64,000 nt of DNA from an uncultured archaeon. Lineage in GTDB: Archaea > Iainarchaeota > Iainarchaeia > Iainarchaeales > VGJJ01. The stretch lies in assembly GCA_964358055.1 (NCBI GenBank), contig CAYHNT010000001.1, forward strand, positions 3,308 to 67,307, in the 5' to 3' direction. The number at the start of each line of letters is the position of its first letter. Positions within the stretch are counted from its first letter, which is position 1. A program made the position numbers and the translations under genes. The notes below the pieces were generated by a model, which worked only from the letters and a program-made list of their open reading frames with translations, ran no database searches and had not been told where the DNA came from. Of the stretch, positions 1 to 9,334 are shown piece by piece.

Positions 1-178
1 CCGCATTACGAACGCCGGCACGGGTATTAGGGGCTGCATCCACTAAAAGTCCTTTTTTGTATCGTTCCAATAATGGCCCCTCTAGTTGAGTCCAAAAGGG
101 ATGGTGGTCTCTCTTATCAAACATGATTTTGTGAGAGTATTCGAGATAATCCAGGACTGTTAAATAGGTCTTCCACAT
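1..178 (-). CDS. Partial CDS (N-terminal 59 aa; continues past the window edge); hypothetical protein
   Basis: Hand translation of the minus strand from ATG at 178-176 gives MWKTYLTVLDYLEYSHKIMFDKRDHHPFWTQLEGPLLERYKKGLLVDAAPNTRAGVRNA with no stop before position 1. No motif recognised. Confidence 0.3.
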   Translation of the reverse strand, partial: MWKTYLTVLDYLEYSHKIMFDKRDHHPFWTQLEGPLLERYKKGLLVDAAPNTRAGVRNA

Positions 179-368
179 CACTTTTTTGGGGAGTTTTTGC
201 CACAATTGGCGGATGGAATAGTCTCCTCCCGATTTTCGAATGGCATCTTCTATCATAAGCACGGTATCCAATCGTGGATAGCGGTCGATGGGGTGTTTGA
301 ATATTTGCTCGGTTGCGCGTGCTTTGACCATGCAGATATTGTATATCAATTGATATATAACCTTTTCT

Positions 369-968
369 TCAATTTTTGGACCCTAAATATTTTTCGAGTA
401 TTTTTTCCGGTCCTTCTTTTTGAACGATTTCCCATGCTCGCGCATATGGTTGGTTACTTTGGGCTTTTTGGATATCCCATTCCATACGGTGTTCGCCTCG
501 CTTGGTTTTGTAAATCAATACATGTACTGCGTGAACTAAAATATGAACATACGTTCGAAATGGTTCTGGCGCATAATCTTTTTCGAGTAATTTTAGTGCT
601 TCGCTGTATCGCGGATGTTCAATTAATGCATTATGGATTAACTCGTGTGTTAAATCGTCGATTAAGTGGTCAATATCTCGGACCTTTCCGCGTTCCCAGC
701 AAAGTGAAAGTGTTAACGGTCGAGAAAATACGCCAATGCTGAGACTGACCATCCATACTTCAATTTCCTTTCTACTCCATTCAATTCCTAATATTCGTGT
801 TATATCTCGTAAATATTCTTGAAATAATTGTTTCCGTGCGCGAATTTTATTGACGCTTTGCAGAAATTGTTCTTCATTTATTTTTGGAGGTTTTGTGAGT
901 CTAAAGTCCCACCACTTACCTTCATAAACGGGGCTAGTGTAGAATTTTATTTCCGGGATGCGCGTCAT
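369..968 (-). CDS. Predicted zinc-dependent hydrolase, DUF45/COG1451 (YgjP/SprT-like) family
   Basis: 199 aa. HELIHNALIEH gives the HExxH-x5-H spacing characteristic of DUF45/WLM-like metal hydrolases. Confidence 0.5.
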   Translation of the reverse strand: MTRIPEIKFYTSPVYEGKWWDFRLTKPPKINEEQFLQSVNKIRARKQLFQEYLRDITRILGIEWSRKEIEVWMVSLSIGVFSRPLTLSLCWERGKVRDIDHLIDDLTHELIHNALIEHPRYSEALKLLEKDYAPEPFRTYVHILVHAVHVLIYKTKRGEHRMEWDIQKAQSNQPYARAWEIVQKEGPEKILEKYLGSKN

Positions 969-992
969 GCTATTATCTAAAATGGGATTGAA

Positions 993-2198
993 TTAAAATC
1001 CCGCGTTCTCCAATCGTTCAAATGCTTCTTTTATTTTTTCTTTTTTAGTGGCATAGGAGATGCGTACGAATCCTTCTCCTTTTTTTCCGAATTCGTTTCC
1101 GGGGACCATCAGCACTTTGGCTTTTTTGAGCATGGAGTGAACGAATTCCGAGGATTTTTGCTTGTTTGTGATGCGTGGAAACACATAGAATGCTCCTTCC
1201 GGATTCACTTCCACGTGTAAAGAGGGAGTGTTTTTCAATAAGTTGAGTGTGAGCTTTCTTCTTTCATCATACGATCGGCGCATTTTCTCGGTGTAGGATT
1301 TTTTCATGCGCAATGCCGCGAGTGCGCCGTATTGGTTCGCGGTGCTGGCAGCCAAGCTGGTGAATATGTGTATTTTGCTTATTTCGCGTACGAGTTCAGG
1401 ATGCCCTGCCACGTATCCTAGTCGAAAGCCTGGCATGGCGTAGGATTTGGAAAACGAATGGCAGGTGAGTACGTGGTCGTGCATGCCGTTTAACGATGCC
1501 ATGCTTACGTGTTTGCTTTTGCCGAATACGAACTTTTCATATGCCTCATCCGAGAACACAATCAGGTCGTGCTCCACGGCAATATCCGCAATGTCTTCGA
1601 GCACTTTCTTGGACAATACGGTTCCTGTAGGATTAGAGGGCGTGTTAAGAATAATGGCCTTGGTTCGATTGGTTATTTTTTCTTCCAAGTCTTCCGGGTG
1701 GATTTGAAACCCGTCCTTGTCGGTGAGGTTGTAAGGTAAGGGTTCTCCCGTCACTAAATCCACCATGGGTTCATAGGCTAAAAATGAAGGATTGGGCACC
1801 AGCACCTCTTCTCCTGCATCCACGATGCTCAATAATCCCATCAATAGGGCTTCCGTGCTTCCTGCAGTCACACACACTTGATGATCAGGGTCATCGAGTG
1901 TAATGTGGTTTTCTTTCTTGAGTTTTCGTGCGATTTCCTCACGTAATTCTTTCAAACCGGGGATTGCGGAGTAGTGTGTTTTTCCATTCTTTAGTGCGTT
2001 GATCGTCGCGTTGACAATGGGTGCGGGCGCATCAAAATCAGGTTCTCCGGGTCCCAACGAAACCACGTCGTGGTCTTCTTTGGCCACGCGCATGATCTCT
2101 TCAAATTCGGAATCGGGCAGTTCCTCTACGCGCTTGGAAAGGATGTGCTGCCATCGCGGCTTTCGGTTGCTTCTTTTTCCGTGGAGGAAGTGGTGCAT
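993..2198 (-). CDS. Class I/II PLP-dependent aminotransferase (aspartate aminotransferase-like)
   Basis: 401 aa. SFSKSYAMPGFRLGY PLP-lysine motif. GPGEPDF near the N-terminus, typical of AAT fold type I. Confidence 0.85.
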   Translation of the reverse strand: MHHFLHGKRSNRKPRWQHILSKRVEELPDSEFEEIMRVAKEDHDVVSLGPGEPDFDAPAPIVNATINALKNGKTHYSAIPGLKELREEIARKLKKENHITLDDPDHQVCVTAGSTEALLMGLLSIVDAGEEVLVPNPSFLAYEPMVDLVTGEPLPYNLTDKDGFQIHPEDLEEKITNRTKAIILNTPSNPTGTVLSKKVLEDIADIAVEHDLIVFSDEAYEKFVFGKSKHVSMASLNGMHDHVLTCHSFSKSYAMPGFRLGYVAGHPELVREISKIHIFTSLAASTANQYGALAALRMKKSYTEKMRRSYDERRKLTLNLLKNTPSLHVEVNPEGAFYVFPRITNKQKSSEFVHSMLKKAKVLMVPGNEFGKKGEGFVRISYATKKEKIKEAFERLENAGF

Positions 2199-2239
2199 GC
2201 TTGGAGGAATTTTGTTTTCCTATTTAAGGGTCGCGCTTG

Positions 2240-2935
2240 CTAGAAGTGGGGGATCCAGTACGTGGGTTTTTGGGCCATGATTTCTTCTTCCGTATGGCTT
2301 CCGGTTCCCACTCCAATGGAGTCCATTTGTGCGGCGCGTGCGGCCAGAATGTCATTGGGCGTGTCTCCCACCACGATGCAATCCTTTCGTGTAAGGGAGG
2401 GGTCTTTTTTCACTGCTTTTTCGAATGCGATTTCAAGCATTTGGCTTCGCTGCTTTATTTTTTTTCCATGATAAAGGTCATCAGAGAAAATGGTTTCGTC
2501 CAAGTAAGGGAGGAGTTTGGTTTGCTCAAGTATGTGTGTGGACATCTTGCGTGTTCCTCCAGTGATGGTCATGATTGTCTTGTGGTCTTTTTTCAGTTTG
2601 GTAAGAAGTGGAGTCACGCCGGGAATCACGTTTCCGGTTGCGATTTCATGTGCGCGTGCAGCTATTTTTTCAAAGTGATAATCCACAATATTATGAATCA
2701 TTTTTTCGTCGTGAGTAATTTTATTTTCCGTGAGAAAATTGCGCGCCATTTCATGGGTGGGCACTCCAAAGTGTTTAGATACTTCCCTATTATTTCGTGG
2801 TTTGATTCCCGCGTGCTCATGGTACGCGTCCGCGAGGATGTCGATGTGCATTTGGAGAATGTTCACGAGCGTCCCGTCAATGTCAAACAGGATGAGTTTC
2901 TTGGATCCAAAAACAGCACGATAATCAAACGTCAT
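2240..2935 (-). CDS. HAD-superfamily hydrolase (phosphatase/beta-phosphoglucomutase-like)
   Basis: 231 aa. LILFDIDGTLV (DxDGT motif I) plus a downstream GDTPNDI-like motif IV. Confidence 0.75.
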   Translation of the reverse strand: MTFDYRAVFGSKKLILFDIDGTLVNILQMHIDILADAYHEHAGIKPRNNREVSKHFGVPTHEMARNFLTENKITHDEKMIHNIVDYHFEKIAARAHEIATGNVIPGVTPLLTKLKKDHKTIMTITGGTRKMSTHILEQTKLLPYLDETIFSDDLYHGKKIKQRSQMLEIAFEKAVKKDPSLTRKDCIVVGDTPNDILAARAAQMDSIGVGTGSHTEEEIMAQKPTYWIPHF

Positions 2936-2973
2936 ACTGATTATTTTTTCCTGCCACGCACTTAAAAATCGGA

Positions 2974-3615
2974 CTATTCGATGATGCGCACGTCCACGGC
3001 TTCTACTTTGGTGGATGTGGCAATCACGGGATTCAAATCCAATTCTTTTATTTTCTCCCCACTCATGAGTTGTGAAACACCTTTAAGTATTTTTTTCAAA
3101 TCCGTAAAATTGATTCCTTTTTGTCCGCGCGTCCCCATGAGTATGGGGTAAATTTTCAGCTCGTGAATCATTTCTTCCATATCAGTATCCGAGAGTGGGG
3201 CAATACGTATGCTCGCGTCCTTGAATACTTCCGTGTACACGCCGCCCATTCCTAATAGTACTGTAGGGCCAAACTGCGAGTCCATTTTTCCACCCACAAT
3301 TAACTCGATTCCCTTTCGCATGGGCTGCACCACCACATATTCGCAACCATTAATCTTTTTCATTGTCTTGAATGCGCTTTGTGCCTCGTTTTCATTTTGA
3401 ATGTTGAGCTTCACTCCCCCCACATCTGTTTTGTGGATGAGTTTTTTTCCAATGGCCTTCATGGCCCATGGGAAGGGGATTTTTTTACTGGTTGAGTGTA
3501 ATTGTTTTTCGTTTTTTATTCCCGTGCTGGGGGCAAATGGTATGTGCATGCGTTGGACTTTCTTCATGGACTGGATGAAGTCCTGTTGAACATGAGTTGT
3601 TTTTGCTTCGAGCAT
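2974..3615 (-). CDS. ATP-grasp domain protein resembling the beta/ATP-grasp part of ADP-forming acetyl-CoA synthetase
   Basis: 213 aa. HKTDVGGVKLNI, IELIVGG and LDLNPV resemble the ACD/succinyl-CoA-synthetase-like ATP-grasp. Confidence 0.5.
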   Translation of the reverse strand: MLEAKTTHVQQDFIQSMKKVQRMHIPFAPSTGIKNEKQLHSTSKKIPFPWAMKAIGKKLIHKTDVGGVKLNIQNENEAQSAFKTMKKINGCEYVVVQPMRKGIELIVGGKMDSQFGPTVLLGMGGVYTEVFKDASIRIAPLSDTDMEEMIHELKIYPILMGTRGQKGINFTDLKKILKGVSQLMSGEKIKELDLNPVIATSTKVEAVDVRIIE

Positions 3616-3645
3616 GATGGTTTCATTCTTTTTTGGTTTATAATT

Positions 3646-4185
3646 TCACCTGAGTCTACGTCGCTGTCTCCAGGAGCGTTGGCTGTGGATGATGTATTTT
3701 TTTGTTTTCTGAATAGCCTCCTCTATCGTGGGCTTGGGCCATAAGGTGATGCCACGTTTGTCATAGTGGCGTTCCCTCGAGGGGTTGTCATCCATGGTGG
3801 ATGTGAAATGAAAGCGAGGGTGTTTTTTCTGGAGCTCCTTGAGTACGACAAGTTCGGCCAGGGAGCCGAGTCCGGTGTCGCGAAAGGGTGTTTGTGATAC
3901 GCCGCCGGGCTCAAACCAGGGAGCGGCGATGTCATGGGAGCGGTGGCTGATTTGGTAGGTGACTCGTCCTATCGTTTGACCATTCTTGTATCCTAATATT
4001 GCGATGCGCTGGCGAATAGCGGGATTAGAGGCAAACAGGATGCCCTTCTGTTGCATTCCTCGCACGCGATGCCCAATAAGGGTGGTGTATCCCACGTTTT
4101 CACTGCGGGTTGCTTCTTCTCCTATGGTGTAATAGTAGATGGCATTCGGAACGAGGAGGATTCCAATCGGGGAACGGGTGGCCAT
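3646..4185 (-). CDS. GNAT-family N-acetyltransferase (putative)
   Basis: 179 aa. FRDTGLGSLAELVVL fits GNAT motif A (R/Q-x-x-G-x-G/A) and is preceded by beta-strand-like segments. Confidence 0.4.
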   Translation of the reverse strand: MATRSPIGILLVPNAIYYYTIGEEATRSENVGYTTLIGHRVRGMQQKGILFASNPAIRQRIAILGYKNGQTIGRVTYQISHRSHDIAAPWFEPGGVSQTPFRDTGLGSLAELVVLKELQKKHPRFHFTSTMDDNPSRERHYDKRGITLWPKPTIEEAIQKTKKYIIHSQRSWRQRRRLR

Positions 4186-4253
4186 ATGGTCCTGGGGGTT
4201 TTCTTGGATTTAAACCCTATTTGGGGGAACCTTTTTCCTTGCATTTGGGCCCC

Positions 4254-4261
4254 CTTTTATA
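4254..4261. promoter_or_regulatory. Palindromic TATA-like box (TTTATAAA) in the divergent intergenic region
   Basis: Self-complementary TTTATAAA lies between the divergently transcribed genes at 4185(-) and 4416(+). Confidence 0.35.
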
Positions 4262-4415
4262 AAGGCCTTGTCCCCCTATTTGATAGAAACTAAGCATTAT
4301 TGAGTGTTTTTTCGTTCCCGTTTTGACCCAGTCGGGGTCTCGTATTAGGTGGGTGCACGCTTGTGCCCGGAACGTTACGAAAAATCCCAGATGCAGGATT
4401 TAGTGAAAAAAAACT

Positions 4416-5690
4416 ATGAGTAATTATACGTTAACCGTGCATGGTGCCGGTAAAGAAATTGGCCGTTCATCCTTTGTGTTGAATGCCGAGAATGAAAACA
4501 TTTTGATGGACTATGGTGTAAAGTTTACGCCTGAAGAAACGGCCTATCCGTTTCCCATCAAGGGAAAGCTAGACGCGACTATTTTGTCGCACGCCCACTT
4601 CGACCACTCGGGTTTCATTCCGCATTTGTTTGTGAACAACCCCAATCCCATCTTCACAACCAAGCCTACGCTTGAGTTGAGTAAGATGTTGTGGGCCGAT
4701 TCGTTGAAGATTGCCGCCCAGGAAGGAGAGATTCCTCCTTACAATCAGTCGCATATTGCGGCAACAGAGACAAGTACGATTGGCACGCACTTTCGTAAGC
4801 CCATTGATATTACCAAGAATGCCCGTCTCGAATTTTTCGATGCCGGACACATCTTAGGGAGTGCGATGGTGAAGGTGGATGTGAAAAATAAGACTTTTTT
4901 GTATTCGGGAGACTTCATGGTCCCTCCGATTCGCCTACACAATGGTGCGGAGATCAAGAAGATTGGTAAAGTGGATTATTTGATGATGGAATCCACGTAC
5001 GGTAATCGTGTCCATCCCAATCGTGAGAAAGTGATTCACGAATTTGTCGCGAAAATTAGGGAAACCTTGGATCGCGGTGGACACTGTGTGATTGCAGCGT
5101 TTGCGATTGGCCGCTCACAAGAAATTTTGGACATTTTGTTCGAATACGGAGTAGACGCACCCGTGTTTGTGGATGGAATGGCACGTAAGGCAACGGAAAT
5201 TTATCATCAGTTTCCCCAATACAATAGCAAGCCTAAGGTTGTGCAGCGAATGTTGGAACAATTAAACTTTGTTCAGCATCCGGGTATTCGTAAGCAAACG
5301 CTGAAACAGCCTTCGGTGATTGTCACGACTGCCGGAATGTTGGAAGGCGGTCCCGTCATGTTCTATTTGGACAAGCTTCACGCGGATGAGCGAAACAGTT
5401 TGCTCATCACGGGATACCAGGTTCAAGGAACTAAAGGACGAACGTTGTTGGAAACGGGTAAAATTGAATTGGACCACGGTGTCGTGGAACCTAAGATGGA
5501 AATCCAGCGATTTGATTTTTCCGCACACTCGGGAAAGGATTCGTTAATGGAAACCATCAATACGCTCTCGCCTGAACACCTCATCCTCATTCACGGGGAC
5601 GAGAAGATCAGCGGACAGTTTACGCAAGAGTTGCGCGAACAGGGATTCAAGGTAAGCAATCCTGGAGTGGGAGAGACGGTCACCCTGTAA
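4416..5690 (+). CDS. beta-CASP metallo-beta-lactamase family ribonuclease (archaeal CPSF-like)
   Basis: 424 aa. HAHFDHSG (HxHxDH) MBL motif, a beta-CASP-like middle region and C-terminal ILIHGDE. Confidence 0.8.
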   Translation: MSNYTLTVHGAGKEIGRSSFVLNAENENILMDYGVKFTPEETAYPFPIKGKLDATILSHAHFDHSGFIPHLFVNNPNPIFTTKPTLELSKMLWADSLKIAAQEGEIPPYNQSHIAATETSTIGTHFRKPIDITKNARLEFFDAGHILGSAMVKVDVKNKTFLYSGDFMVPPIRLHNGAEIKKIGKVDYLMMESTYGNRVHPNREKVIHEFVAKIRETLDRGGHCVIAAFAIGRSQEILDILFEYGVDAPVFVDGMARKATEIYHQFPQYNSKPKVVQRMLEQLNFVQHPGIRKQTLKQPSVIVTTAGMLEGGPVMFYLDKLHADERNSLLITGYQVQGTKGRTLLETGKIELDHGVVEPKMEIQRFDFSAHSGKDSLMETINTLSPEHLILIHGDEKISGQFTQELREQGFKVSNPGVGETVTL

Positions 5691-5733
5691 AAGGGATGAT
5701 TTTTTCTCTTTCATTACCTAAAAGGTATCTCCC

Positions 5734-6495
5734 ATGGCATCCAAGCACACCTCCCATTCCATGTGCCCAAAATGTGGCACGAAAGAGGGGGCATTCGTGG
5801 GAGTATTTTGTCAATCCTGTTTCCTGAAGGACCATCCTAAACTGATTGAGATTCCATCCAAGCTTGAAATAGAAAAATGCAATCGCTGCGGGAAAGTCCG
5901 TGTGCAAGGACAATGGAAAGAATGGGATGATGATTCGGTTCACCGTTGGATTAAGGAAAAAGTAAAAGCAAAAGGAATGCACGACGTTTCCATTCAACTC
6001 GAAATGACCCCGCATCCAAAGGAAGAGAAGGAGTTTCGTGTGAAAATAGCAGTGGATGGAGAAATCGAGCATTCGAAAGTGGATTTGGTTTTGCATTCCA
6101 TCTTATTTATTCGCAATACTATTTGCAATGATGACATGCTCATTTCGAGCGATTATTATGAGGCCATTATTCAAGTTCGTTTCCCCGATCGTACCGTTGA
6201 ACGCGTACGTTCGTTGCAAGATGAATTAGTCAAGGCACTTGCTCCTATTCAGAAGCTCGATTCGAAAGCAGTTGTAGTGAATTGGGCCTTGCAAACCAAT
6301 GGTTTTGATGCCTGGATTGTTTCCAGTAAGGCTGCTAAGGCTGCGGCTGTTTATCTTTCACGCCAACACAAGGGAACGATTTCGGTTTCAAACAAACAAA
6401 TCGGATTGGATACGCACACGAGTAAAACGAAGTATCGTTTTACGTATTTGGTTCGTTTGCCTGAACAAAAAGTAGAAAAAACCGAAAGCGATTAG
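5734..6495 (+). CDS. Nmd3-like ribosomal large-subunit biogenesis protein (N-terminal Cys4 zinc clusters)
   Basis: 253 aa. CPKCG, CQSCF and CNRCG cysteine pairs at the N-terminus resemble the archaeal Nmd3 N-domain. Confidence 0.5.
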   Translation: MASKHTSHSMCPKCGTKEGAFVGVFCQSCFLKDHPKLIEIPSKLEIEKCNRCGKVRVQGQWKEWDDDSVHRWIKEKVKAKGMHDVSIQLEMTPHPKEEKEFRVKIAVDGEIEHSKVDLVLHSILFIRNTICNDDMLISSDYYEAIIQVRFPDRTVERVRSLQDELVKALAPIQKLDSKAVVVNWALQTNGFDAWIVSSKAAKAAAVYLSRQHKGTISVSNKQIGLDTHTSKTKYRFTYLVRLPEQKVEKTESD

Positions 6496-7193
6496 CTTTC
6501 CATTCCTTTCATTACTTCATTTATTTTATCTATGGGTTTTTGTGTGACAATGAGTGGTATTTTTTCGTTCTCTGCGATTCGTTTCGCAATCGGATCTACT
6601 TTTTGGCAGCCGTGCAATACGACAACCGATGGTCGCATGTCGGTGGCGAATCTTCCTACTTTCACTGCAATCATGGGGCTTCTTCCATTTTCTACTTGGG
6701 TGAAAATAAGCGCACGCTCGGGTGTTTTTCCATACATTTGTAAATACTCATGCACGGGCGTGTCCAAAATAACTTTCAAGGAGTCAATGACCGTGTACCC
6801 GTACAAGTTGATTTCTTTCAATCGTAAAGGGTTTGCAATGCATTCGCCTTCAATTTTCTCCATGAACTCTCTCCCGCTAATTCCGCTGGTGAATTCGTGA
6901 ATGTCAAATACTTTTTCTTTGACTCCCTCTTCGCGTGATAATTGGTGCGTGACTTTGGCTCCTCTTCCTTTATCGATTTCAATAAGCGCTTCAACCAAAC
7001 GATTGATGACGGCAATTCCGGGGCTTTTACGTCTTCCCCCTTCGTAGTCGGAAATGGTCGAGGAAGAGACGTGCAAAAACTCGGCTAATTCGGTCTGGGA
7101 GATGCCAAATATTTCTCTCCACTTCTTCATCGACCCACCGGGGTCTTTGGATAGGGTTATTTCGCCGGCTATCGTAACTTTCAATTGGTCCAT
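6492..7193 (-). CDS. XRE-family HTH transcriptional regulator with a C-terminal domain of unknown function
   Basis: 233 aa. ISQTELAEFLHVSSSTISDYEGG is a classic HTH_XRE. A TATA-like TATTTAAAT at 7216-7224 lies about 25 bp upstream. Confidence 0.65.
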   Translation of the reverse strand: MDQLKVTIAGEITLSKDPGGSMKKWREIFGISQTELAEFLHVSSSTISDYEGGRRKSPGIAVINRLVEALIEIDKGRGAKVTHQLSREEGVKEKVFDIHEFTSGISGREFMEKIEGECIANPLRLKEINLYGYTVIDSLKVILDTPVHEYLQMYGKTPERALIFTQVENGRSPMIAVKVGRFATDMRPSVVVLHGCQKVDPIAKRIAENEKIPLIVTQKPIDKINEVMKGMES

Positions 7194-7328
7194 GCTCGGA
7201 ACATCGGTAAACGTCTATTTAAATCTACGTCAAAAAGCGTGGAGGGGTTACGTCAATGAGGTGCGGACTATCAGCATAGTTGGCGGAACACCGACGATTA
7301 GGTTTTTAGGGTAGTGGTAGTGGGTAAG

Positions 7329-7376
7329 TCCAAAGGGAAAAGTGTACCTTGAGGTGCACGCCAAAAAAGCCCTTTG
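7329..7376. other. Nested perfect hairpin (outer 8-bp stem CCAAAGGG/CCCTTTGG; inner 7-bp stem with TTGA loop)
   Basis: Read directly from the sequence. Lies in the intergenic region between 7193 and 7428. Confidence 0.4.
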
Positions 7377-7427
7377 GGTCCACATCTTATTTCCACAGTC
7401 GTTTGGCTGTTTTAATTCGTTTTTCAA

Positions 7428-7823
7428 TCAGTTCGTAGACGGGTATAATTTTGCAAATGTTTTCCCATCGGGTGTTCTACACTGTTCAGGATAGGATTCC
7501 ATGATGGGATATCCTGCGGCAGCGCAATCCTCGAATGAATCAATGTCATTGACTCCTGGAATAATCTGTGTTACCGTTTGCCCATTCGGCCACACGCACT
7601 TGGCGGGGTACGTTTTGAGAATGGGGTTTCCTGCAGCCGCACAGTCTTCATAAGGGGTGTTATACGTCGTCGTTACACTCGTTGGAACGATGAGGAGTAC
7701 GGCGAACACCACAATCAGGACGAGCGCTAGGAGAAACGTCCCTGCTATTTTGAGGAACGTGATTTCCACGGGTTCCTCGTGAACAACTGGATTTCTATTT
7801 TTGATGTTGGTCTTGATGGCCAT
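7428..7823 (-). CDS. Small membrane-anchored secreted protein with an internal tandem repeat
   Basis: 131 aa. N-terminal TM (FLLALVLIVVFAVLLIV). Two ~35-aa repeats each containing EDCAAAG(N/Y)PI. Confidence 0.45.
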   Translation of the reverse strand: MAIKTNIKNRNPVVHEEPVEITFLKIAGTFLLALVLIVVFAVLLIVPTSVTTTYNTPYEDCAAAGNPILKTYPAKCVWPNGQTVTQIIPGVNDIDSFEDCAAAGYPIMESYPEQCRTPDGKTFAKLYPSTN

Positions 7824-7852
7824 ACGTACGTGCCTGTTTTTTTCTTTTTAAT

Positions 7853-8317
7853 GTGCATGGTTTACAAAGGAATTTCTCGGGCAAGCTTATTAGGGGAAAA
7901 AGCCGTTCTCGTGTGATGTCAGCCAAAGAAAAAATGCCTCATTCAGATGAGGAGTGGAAAAAGAAACTTTCTCCTGAACAATACCGTGTGTTGCGTAAGA
8001 AATCCACGGAGATTCCATTCACTGGAAAATACGTTCACACGAAAGATAAGGGAATGTATGCCTGTGCGGCGTGCGGGAATGAATTGTTTGATTCCAGTGC
8101 GAAGTTTGATAGTGGAACAGGATGGCCAAGTTTTGACGAGCCTTCAAATTTGAAAAACATTGAATTGCACGAAGACAAAAGCCTCTTTACGACGCGCATT
8201 GAAGTGACGTGCAAAAAATGCGGTTCGCACTTAGGACATGTGTTTGATGATGGTCCTACGAAAACGGGTAAACGTTTTTGCATTAATAGTTGTGCGCTAG
8301 AATTGATGAAGAAATAG
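7853..8317 (+). CDS. msrB: Peptide-methionine (R)-S-oxide reductase MsrB
   Basis: CAACGNELF...GWPSF...GHVFDDGP...RFCINS are SelR/MsrB motifs. The true start may be an internal Met (7916 or 7934). Confidence 0.85.
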   Translation: MHGLQRNFSGKLIRGKSRSRVMSAKEKMPHSDEEWKKKLSPEQYRVLRKKSTEIPFTGKYVHTKDKGMYACAACGNELFDSSAKFDSGTGWPSFDEPSNLKNIELHEDKSLFTTRIEVTCKKCGSHLGHVFDDGPTKTGKRFCINSCALELMKK

Positions 8318-9329
8318 TTTTTTTGTTTGCAGGATTCCATTCGTCGAAATCTACGTATTTTTGTCTGATTTTGGCTCGATGTCTTTCATTGGATGACCCT
8401 ACTTTTTCGAAGAACTTCCGGACTTCTACTTTGGATGTCACATGTAAATGCTTGCCGTTTCCTAAAACTTTGGATTCAATCCCTAATTCAGTTAGGATTT
8501 GGTTGAGTTGAGTTAGGATGGGGACGTTTATCATTGTAATATCGACTCGCATATAATGTTCTTTGTAGATTTGCCTTTTGTCGAAAAAGACACACCCATC
8601 CGTGTCGAAAACGCCCCTTACAAACGCCGCTTTATTTTCCAGTTTTCCTTTCATTATTTCTTGAGGGACAAGTACCTTGTTCCATTTTTCTCCAGCAGGC
8701 ATTTGAAAACGTTCGGTAATCATTTTATGTAATAGTTTAGAATGAAACGTTACCCACATAGAGTTCTTTTTTCTTCGAATTGTTTGGTGTTTCATGTTAA
8801 AAAACTTTTTAGTGATTGGGATGATTTTTTCTTGATAATAATTCCAGTCAAATCGACTGTCACCTGCAAAACTAGTAAAATGATGTCCATCATAACAATT
8901 TGTGCACCCGTCTCCGGCGAATGCTCCTAAAAATTCACAGATTTCGGAAGTAAGTGGCAAGTTAACATCAAATTGTGATTCAATCTTTTCTTTTGCTCTT
9001 CTGTTAGCAATTGTTCGAGCTTTTAAAATATTATTTGGGTGGCGATAATGTGTGGCGTCTCCACCTTTTCTTGCGCCCCAATTTGCATCGCGTATTATTT
9101 TAATTGTTTGATATTTTTCTCGGATATGCTGTGGCAAAAATTCAATTAGCATTTTGTATTTACTTTCGGTAAGACTCCTTTTTCCAGTTTGAATATACCA
9201 AAAATTTCCGTGGCTTACTTTCAGAAGATGATATATCCCTTGATAACTCGAAAAACCACCTGAAACTTTGATGTCCTTGAAAAAAGCGATAGAATTTTCG
9301 CGATTCCCGACGAAAATTCGGTTTTCCAT
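8283..9329 (-). CDS. Free-standing LAGLIDADG-family homing endonuclease (two motifs)
   Basis: EICEFLGAFAGDGCT and AAFVRGVFDTDGCVF are the two LAGLIDADG motifs. Start trimmed to Met40 so it does not overlap the tRNA. The coding region is markedly AT-richer than its flanks. Confidence 0.6.
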   Translation of the reverse strand: MENRIFVGNRENSIAFFKDIKVSGGFSSYQGIYHLLKVSHGNFWYIQTGKRSLTESKYKMLIEFLPQHIREKYQTIKIIRDANWGARKGGDATHYRHPNNILKARTIANRRAKEKIESQFDVNLPLTSEICEFLGAFAGDGCTNCYDGHHFTSFAGDSRFDWNYYQEKIIPITKKFFNMKHQTIRRKKNSMWVTFHSKLLHKMITERFQMPAGEKWNKVLVPQEIMKGKLENKAAFVRGVFDTDGCVFFDKRQIYKEHYMRVDITMINVPILTQLNQILTELGIESKVLGNGKHLHVTSKVEVRKFFEKVGSSNERHRAKIRQKYVDFDEWNPANKKTISSSILAHNY

Positions 9330-9334
9330 AAATA

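Noticed and set aside
197-742. 181-aa +strand ORF
   Set aside because: It lies antisense to the DUF45-like gene (369..968) and the upstream partial gene. It has no motif and a low-complexity hydrophobic translation typical of antisense frames.
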